This document shows positions 31,157 to 41,442 of a stretch of DNA of 64,000 nt, piece by piece. The first letter of the stretch is position 1. Each line of letters starts with the position of its first letter. Source of the DNA: Minisyncoccota bacterium (lineage in GTDB: Bacteria > Patescibacteriota > Minisyncoccia > JAHIHE01 > JAGLIN01); assembly GCA_041661265.1 (NCBI GenBank), contig JBAZUT010000001.1:1854-65853 (forward strand), read 5' to 3'. The translations under genes were made by a program, and so were the position numbers. The notes beneath the pieces were generated by a model. The model saw only the letters and a list, made by a program, of their open reading frames with translations, searched no databases and had not been told where the DNA came from.

Positions 31157-31505
31157 TTTTTCACCTTTTTTGTTTCTGTTTTTTCTTTACTTACCTTTTT
31201 TTGCAACTAATAAATAGCTGCTTTTTGTTTCTTCTCCGCGGAAAATCTGATGACTCTTCCGTTCGACCCATCTATCATGCACCCTCAGAACACTCCTCCA
31301 TGTCCCTTCAATCAGCAAATTGTAAAGTGCGATAATTGACTCTGAACATATTTTCTCGTCCAGGCCAACTAAACAGATTACTACTTATTGTAAAATTGTC
31401 AAGAGTAATGTAATGATTATCATTTAAAAAATGAAAACGGGCAGTTCTCCTAAGCCTATTATTGACATTTTTTATTTTTGGGTTAAAGTTTGAAAAGGAG
31501 GCATA

Positions 31506-31889
31506 ATGTCGAAAGAAAAAGTTATCGCGCATTTGAACAAAATGCTTGAACACACAAAGGAAGCGGAAGCTGACGGATCATTGCAGGATAGCGGAAGAAC
31601 GGTGGCAAGTTTGGAGAAAGCGATAGAAGCGGTCAAGAACAGCAAGGATTTCGAAATATTTTTCTCTAAATTTATTTCATGCAGAAAATTCCCCTGTAAG
31701 TGCGTATCATTCACCTTGCTTCACAACAATATCCGCATAAGATCGGATTTTTATTATCGGGGAATCGTATTATGCACAAATCTGAAGCAGAGTACCAATA
31801 CAAATATATATTGCCAGGGAATCGACGTGCACCCTGATATCTACAAAAACCCAAAGAAGGAACAGCTATATGAATTACTTATGTTGTAG
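31506..31889 (+). CDS. Hypothetical protein
   Basis: TTGACA promoter, AGGAGG RBS, terminator. Confidence 0.6.
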   Translation: MSKEKVIAHLNKMLEHTKEAEADGSLQDSGRTVASLEKAIEAVKNSKDFEIFFSKFISCRKFPCKCVSFTLLHNNIRIRSDFYYRGIVLCTNLKQSTNTNIYCQGIDVHPDIYKNPKKEQLYELLML

Positions 31890-32028
31890 CATGCAGTCTC
31901 GCTACAACTTTTTTTATTCACACGTTTCCTTTTGTTCAGATCATATGCGAGCCGGACTATTTTCACAAGCAGCTGGATTGACAAAGCGCAGAATATAAAT
32001 TAATGTCTATATCACAGGAGGTTTTAAA

Positions 32029-32334
32029 ATAGTCTCGTCGGATCCGTTGATACTCGGCATGGGAATCCTAGCGCTCTTAATTGCAGCATCTCTTGGTTTA
32101 TGCCTATATAAAGCCAAGAGCATGTGGAATTATCCGTATATTCTGTCGATATATATCGGCGTCATAGTATTTTTCGTTTTTTACGGAATAATGTTCATTG
32201 AAGAAATCGAGTTTACATTCGAAATGAATATAGCGTTCTGGGTTATTGCAGGCATATGGGCATTAGTAACGCTGTGCTTGCCATCCGAAAGAAAAAAGGA
32301 TGAAGAAGTAAACATAACAAGCAAAGGCACCTAA
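32029..32334 (+). CDS. Small membrane protein, paralog of 27541..27846 (ATA at the position of the start codon)
   Basis: Colinear alignment with the paralog places ATA 32029-32031, 7 nt after AGGAGG, at the Met position. Confidence 0.6.
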   Translation: MVSSDPLILGMGILALLIAASLGLCLYKAKSMWNYPYILSIYIGVIVFFVFYGIMFIEEIEFTFEMNIAFWVIAGIWALVTLCLPSERKKDEEVNITSKGT

Positions 32335-32359
32335 ATGCCTTTTTTTTACTTTTCAACTT

Positions 32360-32422
32360 GTCATTGCGAGACACGGCAACACCGTGGCAATCTAATCCCC
32401 TCTTGAGAGGGGCGGGGGTGTG
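32360..32422. repeat. REP-like elements (GTCATTGCGAG...GTGGCAATC type, and CCCCTCTTGAGAGGGG hairpin also at ~32918-32949)
   Basis: Palindromes shared with 32918-32949, 39737-39849 and 55375-55506. Confidence 0.6.
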
Positions 32423-32509
32423 TTGAATTTGAAAAAGACATCCGACACCCTCATTTCGGCCGTCTTGACAAAAGACAAGAAATGAGGTAGTATCTCGCAG
32501 GAGGTTGTT

Positions 32510-32890
32510 ATGACAATTGAAGATAGTATAAAGAGAATTCAAGAACTCGCAAAAAAGATCCAGGACGATACATCAATGCATCCGGCCAAACGGAAAGCCA
32601 TCGTTCAGCATCTGGAAAGCGCGGAGGAATCACTTTTGAAAAGCGAGAGTGATTATATAAAGAAAGAACAGATCATGGGAATAGCAGGCAAATTGACGAT
32701 AATATTCGTTCCATTGTTTATGATCTGCCTTCTGATCTATAGCTATGGAATTCCGAATTATGTTCCCCGTGAATCAATTACGTTTTTCCGCATAAGCATT
32801 GCCTCATTCGCCATCGCGATGGGCAATATGGTAATTGCACCCGGATTATACTGGATGCAACATAAGATTTTCTCACCCAAAAGTGCCTAA
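32510..32890 (+). CDS. Hypothetical membrane protein
   Basis: TTGACA-17-TAGTAT promoter, AGGAGG RBS, terminator overlapping the stop. Confidence 0.7.
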   Translation: MTIEDSIKRIQELAKKIQDDTSMHPAKRKAIVQHLESAEESLLKSESDYIKKEQIMGIAGKLTIIFVPLFMICLLIYSYGIPNYVPRESITFFRISIASFAIAMGNMVIAPGLYWMQHKIFSPKSA

Positions 32891-33110
32891 AGCACTTTTT
32901 TTCTTTTTCATCTGACAATTCCCCTCTTGAGAGGGGCGTAGGGGTGTGTGAATTGTCACCCTGAGCAAGCCTACTGAATTTATCGTCCCAGGTCCATGAA
33001 AAAGGGACGTGACACCTTTATTTTTTCCAAAAAAATATAACTATTATTGACACCAACGTCTTTCTTCATTATCATGTCATAGCAAATGCCGATCCGGCAG
33101 GAGGAATAAC

Positions 33111-33563
33111 TTGATAAAAAATGTATTGATCAAAACTTCAGGAGACACGAGCGATCTCGCCGCATTCCGGGAATTCGCCATTGAAAAAGCGAAAAGCAAT
33201 TATGTCGTGGTGATCTGCGGAGGAGGATCCCAGATCAACCAGGCGCTGAAGAATGCGGGGTTCGAGATCAAATTCAACGACCACGGACGAGTGACCGAGA
33301 CATGGGAAGAAAGAAAGATCGCGCGCGACATTCTTGAAAAGGAGCAAAAGGATCTTCAGGATTCTTTCGTCGGAAAAGGAATCTCCGTCCTGGCTCCCCT
33401 TCTTGAAGCCTCTTCCGTGCTCTGTCCCATCAATGGCGACAACATGGTGAAAGCATTCTATCTCGGATTCGACGAGATATATGTCTTCACGCTCAAAGAC
33501 AGGATCGATGCGAAGAAGGAAGTCTTCAAGAAATATGAAAAAGTGCAGATCGTGGGAATTTGA
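33111..33563 (+). CDS. Short amino-acid-kinase-family (acetylglutamate kinase-like) protein
   Basis: VLIKTSG, VVICGGGSQIN, GRVT, INGD. Confidence 0.7.
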   Translation: MIKNVLIKTSGDTSDLAAFREFAIEKAKSNYVVVICGGGSQINQALKNAGFEIKFNDHGRVTETWEERKIARDILEKEQKDLQDSFVGKGISVLAPLLEASSVLCPINGDNMVKAFYLGFDEIYVFTLKDRIDAKKEVFKKYEKVQIVGI

Positions 33564-34099
33564 GGAGGAATATGTTTCTCACGGACATCTTCATGAAGAT
33601 GGTCATCTTCTTCGGATGTAAAACGGGATTATATCACCTGAGAGCAAAGTGGACCAAGGAAGGGCTGGTTTGCGAAGATTGCGGATATTTCGAAGATAAA
33701 GCTGCATATCAAGCAAGCCTGCACTCCGGTGCGGGATAACAAAAATACACGAAAATCGTGTAATTTTTTTAGGTGAAAAAAGCACCTTACACTTTTTTTC
33801 CCGAACAAATCCTTTTCGTCTGACTTTCACAGACTCATCAGTAAGCTAAGCTTATAAGGAAAAATGGCCTCAAGATAAAATAAAAGAAGATAAAGTATTT
33901 TCATAACAGTAAGAATTATTGTATTTATTAATCTTAAAAACAGCATCAATTTTAAGGTACGTACAAATATTATGTCGCCTGCCATCATCAGTTTAGAGAG
34001 GCCATTCTCTAAAGACACAAATTGATAACCCAAATGTGTTTCGGCTATGAAACTAGGATGTATATATTCTAACAAGAAAATAAAAAGATGCAACCATGA

Positions 34100-34495
34100 C
34101 TATATCCTTTGAATAATTCGATCTATAATTTTCTGGCCGTTTTTTAATTGATGCTCCCAAATTCGAAAAATTTTCCAGCCAATTTTTTTATAATATTTCG
34201 TTACTTCCCTATCTCTTTCAACATTCCGTGCTAACTTTAATTGCCAAAATCTTTTTCTGGTATTTGGCATACTCCCATGCCTTTTGCATCCATGCCAGAA
34301 ACAAGAATCTACAAAAATGACAGCCTTGTATTTTGATAAAACCAAGTCGGGCTTCCCGAAATATTTTGATGAATTTTTACAGTAACGAAATCCCACTTTC
34401 CAGAGTTTTTTTCTAAATTCAATCTCCAGCTTGCTGTCCTTGCTTCGGACTTTAGACATTATCTCGCTTCGCTTCTTTTTTGAGTAAATATCCAT
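34100..34495 (-). CDS. vsr: Very short patch repair endonuclease
   Basis: RSEIMSKVRSKDS..E, GKPD, FVDSCFWHGC, RNVERD, RIWEH. Confidence 0.95.
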   Translation of the reverse strand: MDIYSKKKRSEIMSKVRSKDSKLEIEFRKKLWKVGFRYCKNSSKYFGKPDLVLSKYKAVIFVDSCFWHGCKRHGSMPNTRKRFWQLKLARNVERDREVTKYYKKIGWKIFRIWEHQLKNGQKIIDRIIQRI

Positions 34496-34500
34496 ATACT

Positions 34501-36207
34501 TTAGATTGTTTCCGCATTATCCAATCGATTGAATAAATGTGATAAAAGACTTAATGCGTCTAGACAATCTTGTTCCGTATATAAGCCAGACTGTCTCAAA
34601 TCTTCAGCAGTTTCGTGCGCCTTTGGATTTCTAAAAGCCATCCACATCGCACGAGCCAATAGACCATGTCCTTTGGAAATGTTTTCCAATGTAAGTGGCT
34701 TAAAATCTGTACCATCGGGCCGTTTATACTTTTTTGTTACAGATAATATTGGTAGAACAGGAGGCAGAGGCGGGTTTTGTGGTTTCGGCTGATCCGGTGA
34801 AAAAGCTTCTTTAATCAATCTAAGATCAACATTACTGGATGCGGTTTTAGCTTTAATCTGATTAACATATTCAGTCACACCCTCCAGTACGGCACCATAA
34901 TAATCGCTATTTTTATAATAATTAAAGACAATTTTTTTTAAAACTGGATGCAAATTGCGCCAGTGAAAGTACGGATATGGTTTAATTATATTTTGAAGAC
35001 CCTTTAAACTGCTTACAAGCTTTTCTTCTGTCATCTCAGAATCTTTCAATAAAGCACCGATGATAGGATCAAGATCTTCTCTAATATTTTCAGGTATATG
35101 ATTTCGCCACTCACCAATACTCATGCCAGTTTTATTTTCTGCCTCTTTTGATCTTATTTCTGCTCTTCTTTTACGCCAATCTTGTTCCAGCCAATTAATA
35201 ACTTTTCTTAAATAATCTCTTAATTTTAACATTTCCGGATGACCCCAATTTAAAGATTTTCGATCTGTAGCTATAACGTCTTCATCAAGATCATCAATAA
35301 AATCTACTTCCAGCCAACCAGTCAAATACGAAAAGAAATGACTTGACATGCTTTCAGAAAAATACTCCGGTAAATTTACCAATTTTTTCCTAGAAAATAA
35401 AGTAACTCCACGCATATTAGTTTTTGGTGAAATCGGCGTTTCTGTCGCAATAAGATATCCAGTAACTTTATTTTTTTCTGAATAATCTGATTCGAGTTTA
35501 ATTTCTTTTGGAACGTCCCACTCAACTTCTTTTTTTAAATCCGCATACTTCTTCTCGTTTTCAACAAAAAAAGGGTTTTCTTCATTATACTGGATAGAAA
35601 CTTTAAAAGTATTATCTACAATAAAGATTTTTGACAATGCAACAGCAAGAGCTGACGAATCAAATTCGGTTTGACGATGAAGTCCACGAAGGATAATTGT
35701 TGTACCATTTTTAGCATCGCAAGGTTCATCAATCTTTATAAGTTGCGGATGATATTCAGCGGTTTTAGATTCTTTTATGTCTTGCCATCGAAGAATAAAA
35801 ACGTTCATTTTTAAATTCTTCTTCGTAATCACTTCAATCTCCTCAGCAATCCCAAAAAATGATAACTTCCCTATGCCCTTTTTCCCTATTACTTTTCTCC
35901 CTCCTGTAATACTTTCTACTTCTTCCTCATCTCGTCTATTACGACCGATACGAAGAAATTTACTATTGATTTCTTCGAGATTCATTCCAATACCATTATC
36001 TTTGACAGCAATTTCCCGTTTTCCGTATTTATCATATAGAAAAACAGTCACGTCTGAGGCATTAGCATCATAAGAATTTGCTACCAACTCAGCGAGAACC
36101 GGTGGTAACGTTGAGTACATTCGAACGCCAAGATGTTCAATCGTCGCCGGATCAAATGTCATTTTTAAAATATCCTTTTCTTGATCATTTTGATTCATAA
36201 TTTTCAA
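34501..36207 (-). CDS. GHKL (HATPase/MORC-like) ATPase fused to a TIGR02391-like C-terminal domain
   Basis: ELVANSYDA, DNGIGM, GKKGIGKLS, GTTI; C-terminal FRNPKAH...ALSLLSHL. Confidence 0.85.
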   Translation of the reverse strand: MKIMNQNDQEKDILKMTFDPATIEHLGVRMYSTLPPVLAELVANSYDANASDVTVFLYDKYGKREIAVKDNGIGMNLEEINSKFLRIGRNRRDEEEVESITGGRKVIGKKGIGKLSFFGIAEEIEVITKKNLKMNVFILRWQDIKESKTAEYHPQLIKIDEPCDAKNGTTIILRGLHRQTEFDSSALAVALSKIFIVDNTFKVSIQYNEENPFFVENEKKYADLKKEVEWDVPKEIKLESDYSEKNKVTGYLIATETPISPKTNMRGVTLFSRKKLVNLPEYFSESMSSHFFSYLTGWLEVDFIDDLDEDVIATDRKSLNWGHPEMLKLRDYLRKVINWLEQDWRKRRAEIRSKEAENKTGMSIGEWRNHIPENIREDLDPIIGALLKDSEMTEEKLVSSLKGLQNIIKPYPYFHWRNLHPVLKKIVFNYYKNSDYYGAVLEGVTEYVNQIKAKTASSNVDLRLIKEAFSPDQPKPQNPPLPPVLPILSVTKKYKRPDGTDFKPLTLENISKGHGLLARAMWMAFRNPKAHETAEDLRQSGLYTEQDCLDALSLLSHLFNRLDNAETI

Positions 36208-37243
36208 TTATAATTTTACCAAGCTGTCTCGCAAATTCGGGAGGAACAGCGTTCCCTATCATTCGCGCAATATCTGACATATTCTTCGCATAAAATACAT
36301 AGTCTTTGGGAAATGTTTGCAGCGTCGCACCTTCTCGAATAGAAATAGCCCTATTTTCTTCAGGATGAGCAAACCTACCATTAGAAATGCTTAAAAATTT
36401 AGTCGTAATAGTCGGGGCAGGCTTATCCCAGCTCATACGACCATAATTATCAATAAAACCATTACCTTTGTATTTTTTCCTTTTTAAATTCTTATCATGG
36501 GCCCAATCAAGCCAAGAACCTCCATTTTTTGCAGTCTTCTTAAGACGAAGTAAATTCTTTGATGTAAGGCCGGCAACCGAATGATTAAATTCCGTATCAT
36601 CCCTAAATCCAGCCTTCACTTTTTGAAATCCATTTTTCTCCCCTAAAACATCAGCAACGGTACGTTTTTTATTTATTGAATATTCTGGAAATATTTCTTT
36701 GTCAATCACTCTGCTGGCAACCAAGGAAAATCTTTTGCGAGCCTGAGGAATGCCATAATCACTCATATTCACAATCTCAAAATGAACCTTGTATCCCCTG
36801 TCTTTTAAATTGGAAACAAAATTATTCAAGCCGCTCTGATCTTTTTTCCGTAATATTCCCGGGACATTTTCAACCAATACATAACCAGGGTTAAAGTAGT
36901 CAACGAATCTCTTAAATTCAATAAGAAGATTTTTTGATTTTTGCGATTTTGTTTTATCATGCTGAATAATAGACCAATACTGACATGGGCTGCAACCAAT
37001 AAACACAATCTCATCATCGTTTTTTTTCAATCCAAGTCTTTTCGCAAGATCAATTTCTTTTAAAGCAAATACATCAGCCGTTATGAATTGCGAGTTGGGA
37101 TTATTCTTTTCATATGTCTCTTTGCATGAAGAATCATTATCTATGCCAGCAATCACGTCAATCCCTGCCTGAATTAGACCATTCGTCATTCCACCTCCCG
37201 AGCAAAAAAAGTCAACTGCTCTTATTTTTGTTTTTTTTTGCAT
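36185..37243 (-). CDS. DNA (cytosine-5) methyltransferase
   Basis: DFFCSGGG, SPCQ, ENV, PQARKR, REGATLQTFP, IGNAVPP. Confidence 0.95.
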   Translation of the reverse strand: MQKKTKIRAVDFFCSGGGMTNGLIQAGIDVIAGIDNDSSCKETYEKNNPNSQFITADVFALKEIDLAKRLGLKKNDDEIVFIGCSPCQYWSIIQHDKTKSQKSKNLLIEFKRFVDYFNPGYVLVENVPGILRKKDQSGLNNFVSNLKDRGYKVHFEIVNMSDYGIPQARKRFSLVASRVIDKEIFPEYSINKKRTVADVLGEKNGFQKVKAGFRDDTEFNHSVAGLTSKNLLRLKKTAKNGGSWLDWAHDKNLKRKKYKGNGFIDNYGRMSWDKPAPTITTKFLSISNGRFAHPEENRAISIREGATLQTFPKDYVFYAKNMSDIARMIGNAVPPEFARQLGKIIIENYESK

Positions 37244-37246
37244 ATA

Positions 37247-38083
37247 TTAAAAGTTTATAAACCATTCTTTATTCACCTCTACAACTTCTTCCGTCTTGAG
37301 ATTAATTCCAATTTTGAGTTCTTTCATTTTTTCCACCAGTTCATCTCCTTCGATCAAATCAATAGGAGGCGCGCCATCTCTCGTCGCTTCTTGTTTGGCA
37401 TCCCGAGTAAATGTGCCAGTTGTAATAACCAGACCCTTGTCAGCTCGACCTACCATCGCACCTCTAAAATCTCGTATTTGTTGTGACGAGACACTTCCCG
37501 CATAACGTTTACATTGAAATATAATTCTAAAACTCAATAGGCCTCCAATTTTAATAATACCCCTCCCATCTATACCGCCATCACCCGAACGACCAGTAAC
37601 TTCTACTTGGACAAAACCTGATTCACGCAAAATTCTCTGACATAACCTCTCGAAAGCTTCCGGGCTCAGTTGCAAACATTGTTCAAGTAATTCTTCCTCC
37701 CAAAGTTTCGGCGCACCTTCCGGCTCAGTACCTTCTGCAACCTCCGCCTCAATTGAATCAGTTTCACGATCGATGGTTTTAACAAAATGATTCACAATAT
37801 TTTTGTCAACGCTATTCACCTCTCTTCCCTTGGTTGTAAGGGCCCATACTCCTCTTGATGAATTCTCCAATACACCAAAACGCTTCAAATAATTACGCGA
37901 CCAAGCAAGGCGATAACCAAGCTTGGTTCTGTTTCCCCGATGAATTTCATTAATTTCATCTTCGCTAAGTTTCAATAAATTAGCAACTTTTTCCTCAATT
38001 TCAGCAATAGAACCGGAGCCGCCAAGTTCATGCAAGGCTTTGATTACTGGATTAAATAAATTATCATAAGTTGGGATAGCCAT
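37247..38083 (-). CDS. mrr: Mrr-family (type IV) restriction endonuclease
   Basis: Mrr_N wHTH (RLAWSRNYLK..G....SRGVW) plus FERLC...GRSGDGGIDG...QCKRY. Confidence 0.9.
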   Translation of the reverse strand: MAIPTYDNLFNPVIKALHELGGSGSIAEIEEKVANLLKLSEDEINEIHRGNRTKLGYRLAWSRNYLKRFGVLENSSRGVWALTTKGREVNSVDKNIVNHFVKTIDRETDSIEAEVAEGTEPEGAPKLWEEELLEQCLQLSPEAFERLCQRILRESGFVQVEVTGRSGDGGIDGRGIIKIGGLLSFRIIFQCKRYAGSVSSQQIRDFRGAMVGRADKGLVITTGTFTRDAKQEATRDGAPPIDLIEGDELVEKMKELKIGINLKTEEVVEVNKEWFINF

Positions 38084-38283
38084 AATGAATTAGTTTAATT
38101 GTTTTCGCGAATTCTACCACTTAAAAGTTACCAATAAAGGGTTTTTATCTCACCCAAATTATACTTCATTTATATTGATATTACAAGAAAATCCAGCCTT
38201 TCGGCTGGATTTACTTAAATCCCCTTTTTCAAGGGTAAGAACCAAAATATGCGCATTCCCTGCCCTATAATTATTCAAAACTA

Positions 38284-38715
38284 TCAAGCCTTCTCCGGCT
38301 TGCTCTTTATTCTATTCCTGCATTTCTTGCTTCCGCATTTGCATTTCATTTTCAAACCGACTATAGATTCTTCGGAAAAATTGATCGTGATCTCTTCGCC
38401 TTTTTTGATATCCCTGGAAGCGATATCACGGGCATTTTTCGCGAATGTGTTTGCATCGCAGGAATGATTTAGATATTTCCCAGGAGACGTCGGAATGATA
38501 TATTTTCCTTTGTAGTAATAGACATTTTTTCTGATCGGATCCGGAAGATCCGGAATGTCTTCTTTTTTCACTTGACTCTTCAAGTCCCACTCGATGACAA
38601 CTTCCCCTTTTTTGAAATCGCGCGCCGCAAACACGCCCTTGCCAAGTATCTTTGATCTCTTCACTATCCAATCTTTGTGCCTGGAAGGATCTTTTCCTAC
38701 TGATGTTTTTTTCAT
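38284..38715 (-). CDS. SET domain protein with post-SET Cys cluster
   Basis: GKGVFA, YLNHSCDAN, RDIKKGEEIT, CKCGSKKCR. Confidence 0.9.
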   Translation of the reverse strand: MKKTSVGKDPSRHKDWIVKRSKILGKGVFAARDFKKGEVVIEWDLKSQVKKEDIPDLPDPIRKNVYYYKGKYIIPTSPGKYLNHSCDANTFAKNARDIASRDIKKGEEITINFSEESIVGLKMKCKCGSKKCRNRIKSKPEKA

Positions 38716-38908
38716 TCAATTAATTTTAACTGGTTACAAAACAGTTCCCACTATGAGACGAGATAAAGTATGGGATTGCCGGCACTGTGTCGTGTATCAA
38801 AATGACAGTCTTAATTTATATACCTTCTACCCCCAACAAATCTCCCTCAATCCCTCTTTTCCAAAGAGGGAAATTACTAGGAAAGAAAAAACCAACGAAT
38901 ACCGGATT

Positions 38909-39712
38909 TCATTTCTTTGGCTTGTTCAGCTCCCCCACCTTCCCGATCACAAATCTTATAAACTCCACCACCTCTTTCTGCCGTTTCATCTCCTGACCAT
39001 AGCGCCAAGCCTCGGCTTCTTCGATCAGGTTTTTCCATTCGCCAAATTCATTCTTAATCCAAGCGGCGGATTTCGGCTTGGAAGCAAGTTTCCCAGTCAA
39101 GATCGTATAGAGGATCCGGCACAGGTGCAACACGAGATAGGACTGCTGGTGCGGATCGTTCAGATATGCCGTGTCCTTTATTTTCGGCTCCCATTCCTCG
39201 AACAAGTCTCGTATGCGAGCTTCGATTAAATCTTTGCTTTCAATCCGTTTCTTGATGAGCGTTTTGAACTCCGGACCGATAAGCGCAATTCCATCGTGAA
39301 CAAGAACATACTGATCAATGATCCATTCGTTTCCATATTTCGCCATGGGACAAAATTTTCCCGCTCCGAAATAGGGCCGTCCTTCTTTGGGCGGAAGAAT
39401 GTTTTCAAGCATGAAAAGTGAAATATATGAGCACTCGATCCTTTTGGCCCATCTTGGGAATTTTTTCTCCGCGTCAATGTGCAATTGTTTCACTTTTTGG
39501 ATCTTTTCGCCAGGCGCCGGATTTTTCAGAACGACCGCAAGATCGATGTCGCTCCGCTCTTTGTTGAAATCGCCATAGGATAGAGATCCGGTGAGATAGA
39601 TCCCGACCAGATCATCGGCAAAAATATTCTGAATCCCCTCTGTCAAAAAGCAGAGTACATTGTTGATGACCTTGTGCGGCGTCGCTTTTTTGATGTGTTC
39701 AAGATTTTCCAT
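38909..39712 (-). CDS. Nucleotidyltransferase with DUF4111-like domain (AadA-like)
   Basis: GIYLTGSL..GDF...RSDIDL, LCRILY, SK..SA.W. Confidence 0.85.
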   Translation of the reverse strand: MENLEHIKKATPHKVINNVLCFLTEGIQNIFADDLVGIYLTGSLSYGDFNKERSDIDLAVVLKNPAPGEKIQKVKQLHIDAEKKFPRWAKRIECSYISLFMLENILPPKEGRPYFGAGKFCPMAKYGNEWIIDQYVLVHDGIALIGPEFKTLIKKRIESKDLIEARIRDLFEEWEPKIKDTAYLNDPHQQSYLVLHLCRILYTILTGKLASKPKSAAWIKNEFGEWKNLIEEAEAWRYGQEMKRQKEVVEFIRFVIGKVGELNKPKK

Positions 39713-39736
39713 TTATATTTTCTATTATAATCCCGG

Positions 39737-39849
39737 TGTATTGCGAAGGACAGCAGTGCTTCCGATATCCATCGGAACAAGCTCCGCTAGATGAGATAAG
39801 GCATGGGATTGCCACGCTCTCCGCCCCAGGCGGATCGCTCGCAATGACA
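39737..39849. repeat. REP-like element (ATTGCGA...GATTGCCACG...CTCGCAATGAC)
   Basis: Inverted ends; shares motifs with the copies at 32360 and 55375. Confidence 0.55.
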
Positions 39850-39881
39850 GAATTGGTACGACCAGCTCCCGTTTGGAGGCC

Positions 39882-40523
39882 CTATTCCTTATCACAAACT
39901 TCTCTGTTATTAATATGTCTTAAGGATTCTATAATTATTTGTAACGATGAACGAATAACAATAAGAGCTATAATAAAGCCAATGGTGATATCCGGCCATA
40001 TAGAATTAAAATGCGCCACCAAAAAGCCGGCTGCGATGACACCAACATTCGCCAGCATATCATTGCGAGAACAGAGCCACGATGACCTGACATTTAGATC
40101 TGTCGACCTGTGCTTATAAAGCAAGATAAAAGAGACAGCATTTGCCATTAATGCCGCAAAGCCTATGATAGTGATCGTTCCGGCAGTTGGAACAACAGGA
40201 TTAATAATTTTGAATATGATTTCGGCAAAAACAAAAACTCCCAGGAGAAGCATTATGATACCCTTTGCAAGAGACCCCTTGGCTCGGACAGAAGGATGTT
40301 TCGACATTACCGCAATAGTAATCCCATAAATAAAAGCATCCCCGAGCATATCAAGAGAATCGGCAAGCAGAGAATTCGAATGTGCTATAAAACCGCCAAT
40401 TATTTCTACAAAAAACATCCCAAAGTTAATTAAAAACACTATGATCAAAACCGTTTTAATATTTTTATTCCCGGAATTTTCTAAGTTAATAGCGCAACAA
40501 TCATCTCCATGATCTTTTTGCAT
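39882..40523 (-). CDS. Cation diffusion facilitator (short CDF) transporter
   Basis: SLLADSLDMLGD, DLNVRS.WLCSRND, WPD. Confidence 0.9.
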   Translation of the reverse strand: MQKDHGDDCCAINLENSGNKNIKTVLIIVFLINFGMFFVEIIGGFIAHSNSLLADSLDMLGDAFIYGITIAVMSKHPSVRAKGSLAKGIIMLLLGVFVFAEIIFKIINPVVPTAGTITIIGFAALMANAVSFILLYKHRSTDLNVRSSWLCSRNDMLANVGVIAAGFLVAHFNSIWPDITIGFIIALIVIRSSLQIIIESLRHINNREVCDKE

Positions 40524-40661
40524 ATTTTATTTGGATTATAAAGATTAGAGGATGCTAAATACTTTTTAAAATAATTCATCTCTAGGACTTTCCTTTCGCC
40601 CAAATTATAAGCTATTTGTGCCATTTTTACAAGAGAATAAGATAAAAAAATAGAGAAGCGT

Positions 40662-41057
40662 TCAGCTTCCCTTTCGGAAAAATATCGTATGCGAAGGCCT
40701 TCCGCATCCAGAATATTGATATTGGCGCTTGGAGCTGAGCTCCATTGCGATCTTTGCCCCTTCTGTTTCGACTAATTCTTCGAGTATTTTGCGGGCTCTT
40801 TCCGGCTTGCCCGCCACAAACGCTTTTGAGATCTTCTCAATCGCATCTTTGTATGCCTCATCCCGCCTTTTCTCTTCCTCCTCAAGGCGCTGTTTTTCCG
40901 CGATCTTCATTTCTTCTGTCATTTTCGCGATTACCTTATCGAGTTCGGACTCGTGTTCGGGCGCTTTCGGATAGACCCATTTCGTTTTTGCGTCCTTCTT
41001 TTCGATCTTTTCATCGCCCGTTCCCGCGCCGATCTCGCTTGGAATCCTGTCTTCCAT
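40662..41057 (-). CDS. Hypothetical charged/coiled-coil protein
   Basis: GGAGG RBS and promoter upstream. Confidence 0.6.
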   Translation of the reverse strand: MEDRIPSEIGAGTGDEKIEKKDAKTKWVYPKAPEHESELDKVIAKMTEEMKIAEKQRLEEEEKRRDEAYKDAIEKISKAFVAGKPERARKILEELVETEGAKIAMELSSKRQYQYSGCGRPSHTIFFRKGS

Positions 41058-41191
41058 TTATTTTCCTCCGTTAATCCATGCTAGCGCAATAATATTGGAA
41101 GGTCAATAGGATTATGGACGCGAGGCTGAACGGATCTCACGGATTCCGCAGGAGGCCGCCATATGTGATGATTATTGTTTCTTGATCCCTA

Positions 41192-41335
41192 TTATTCGAT
41201 ATCTTTCGGCCGGAAGCTGTCTTGCGGGCATTGATTCGCGTCCTTTTCCGCCTCCACTTCATGGCCGAAACAATCCCCCTTGGTTGAATCGTCTTCATCG
41301 GCTTTGTAAAATTGGCAGTCTCTGCATACTGGCAT
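41192..41335 (-). CDS. 47-aa four-Cys protein (MPVCRDCQFYKADEDDSTKGDCFGHEVEAEKDANQCPQDSFRPKDIE), BssC/HiPIP-like
   Basis: Hand translation; near-identical paralog at 42197..42343 with all four Cys conserved. Confidence 0.75.
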   Translation of the reverse strand: MPVCRDCQFYKADEDDSTKGDCFGHEVEAEKDANQCPQDSFRPKDIE

Positions 41336-41442
41336 AGTTTTATATAAAAGATTAATTAACGAAAATATTTATTATACCGATAACTTTGGATTATTTTCAT
41401 CGTTCTTTTTCATTCGCGCTTTCACAAATTAACAGCCGCTTA

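Noticed and set aside
33603-34093. ORFs downstream of vsr as extra defence genes
   Set aside because: No RBS or recognisable motifs; may be degenerate sequence.
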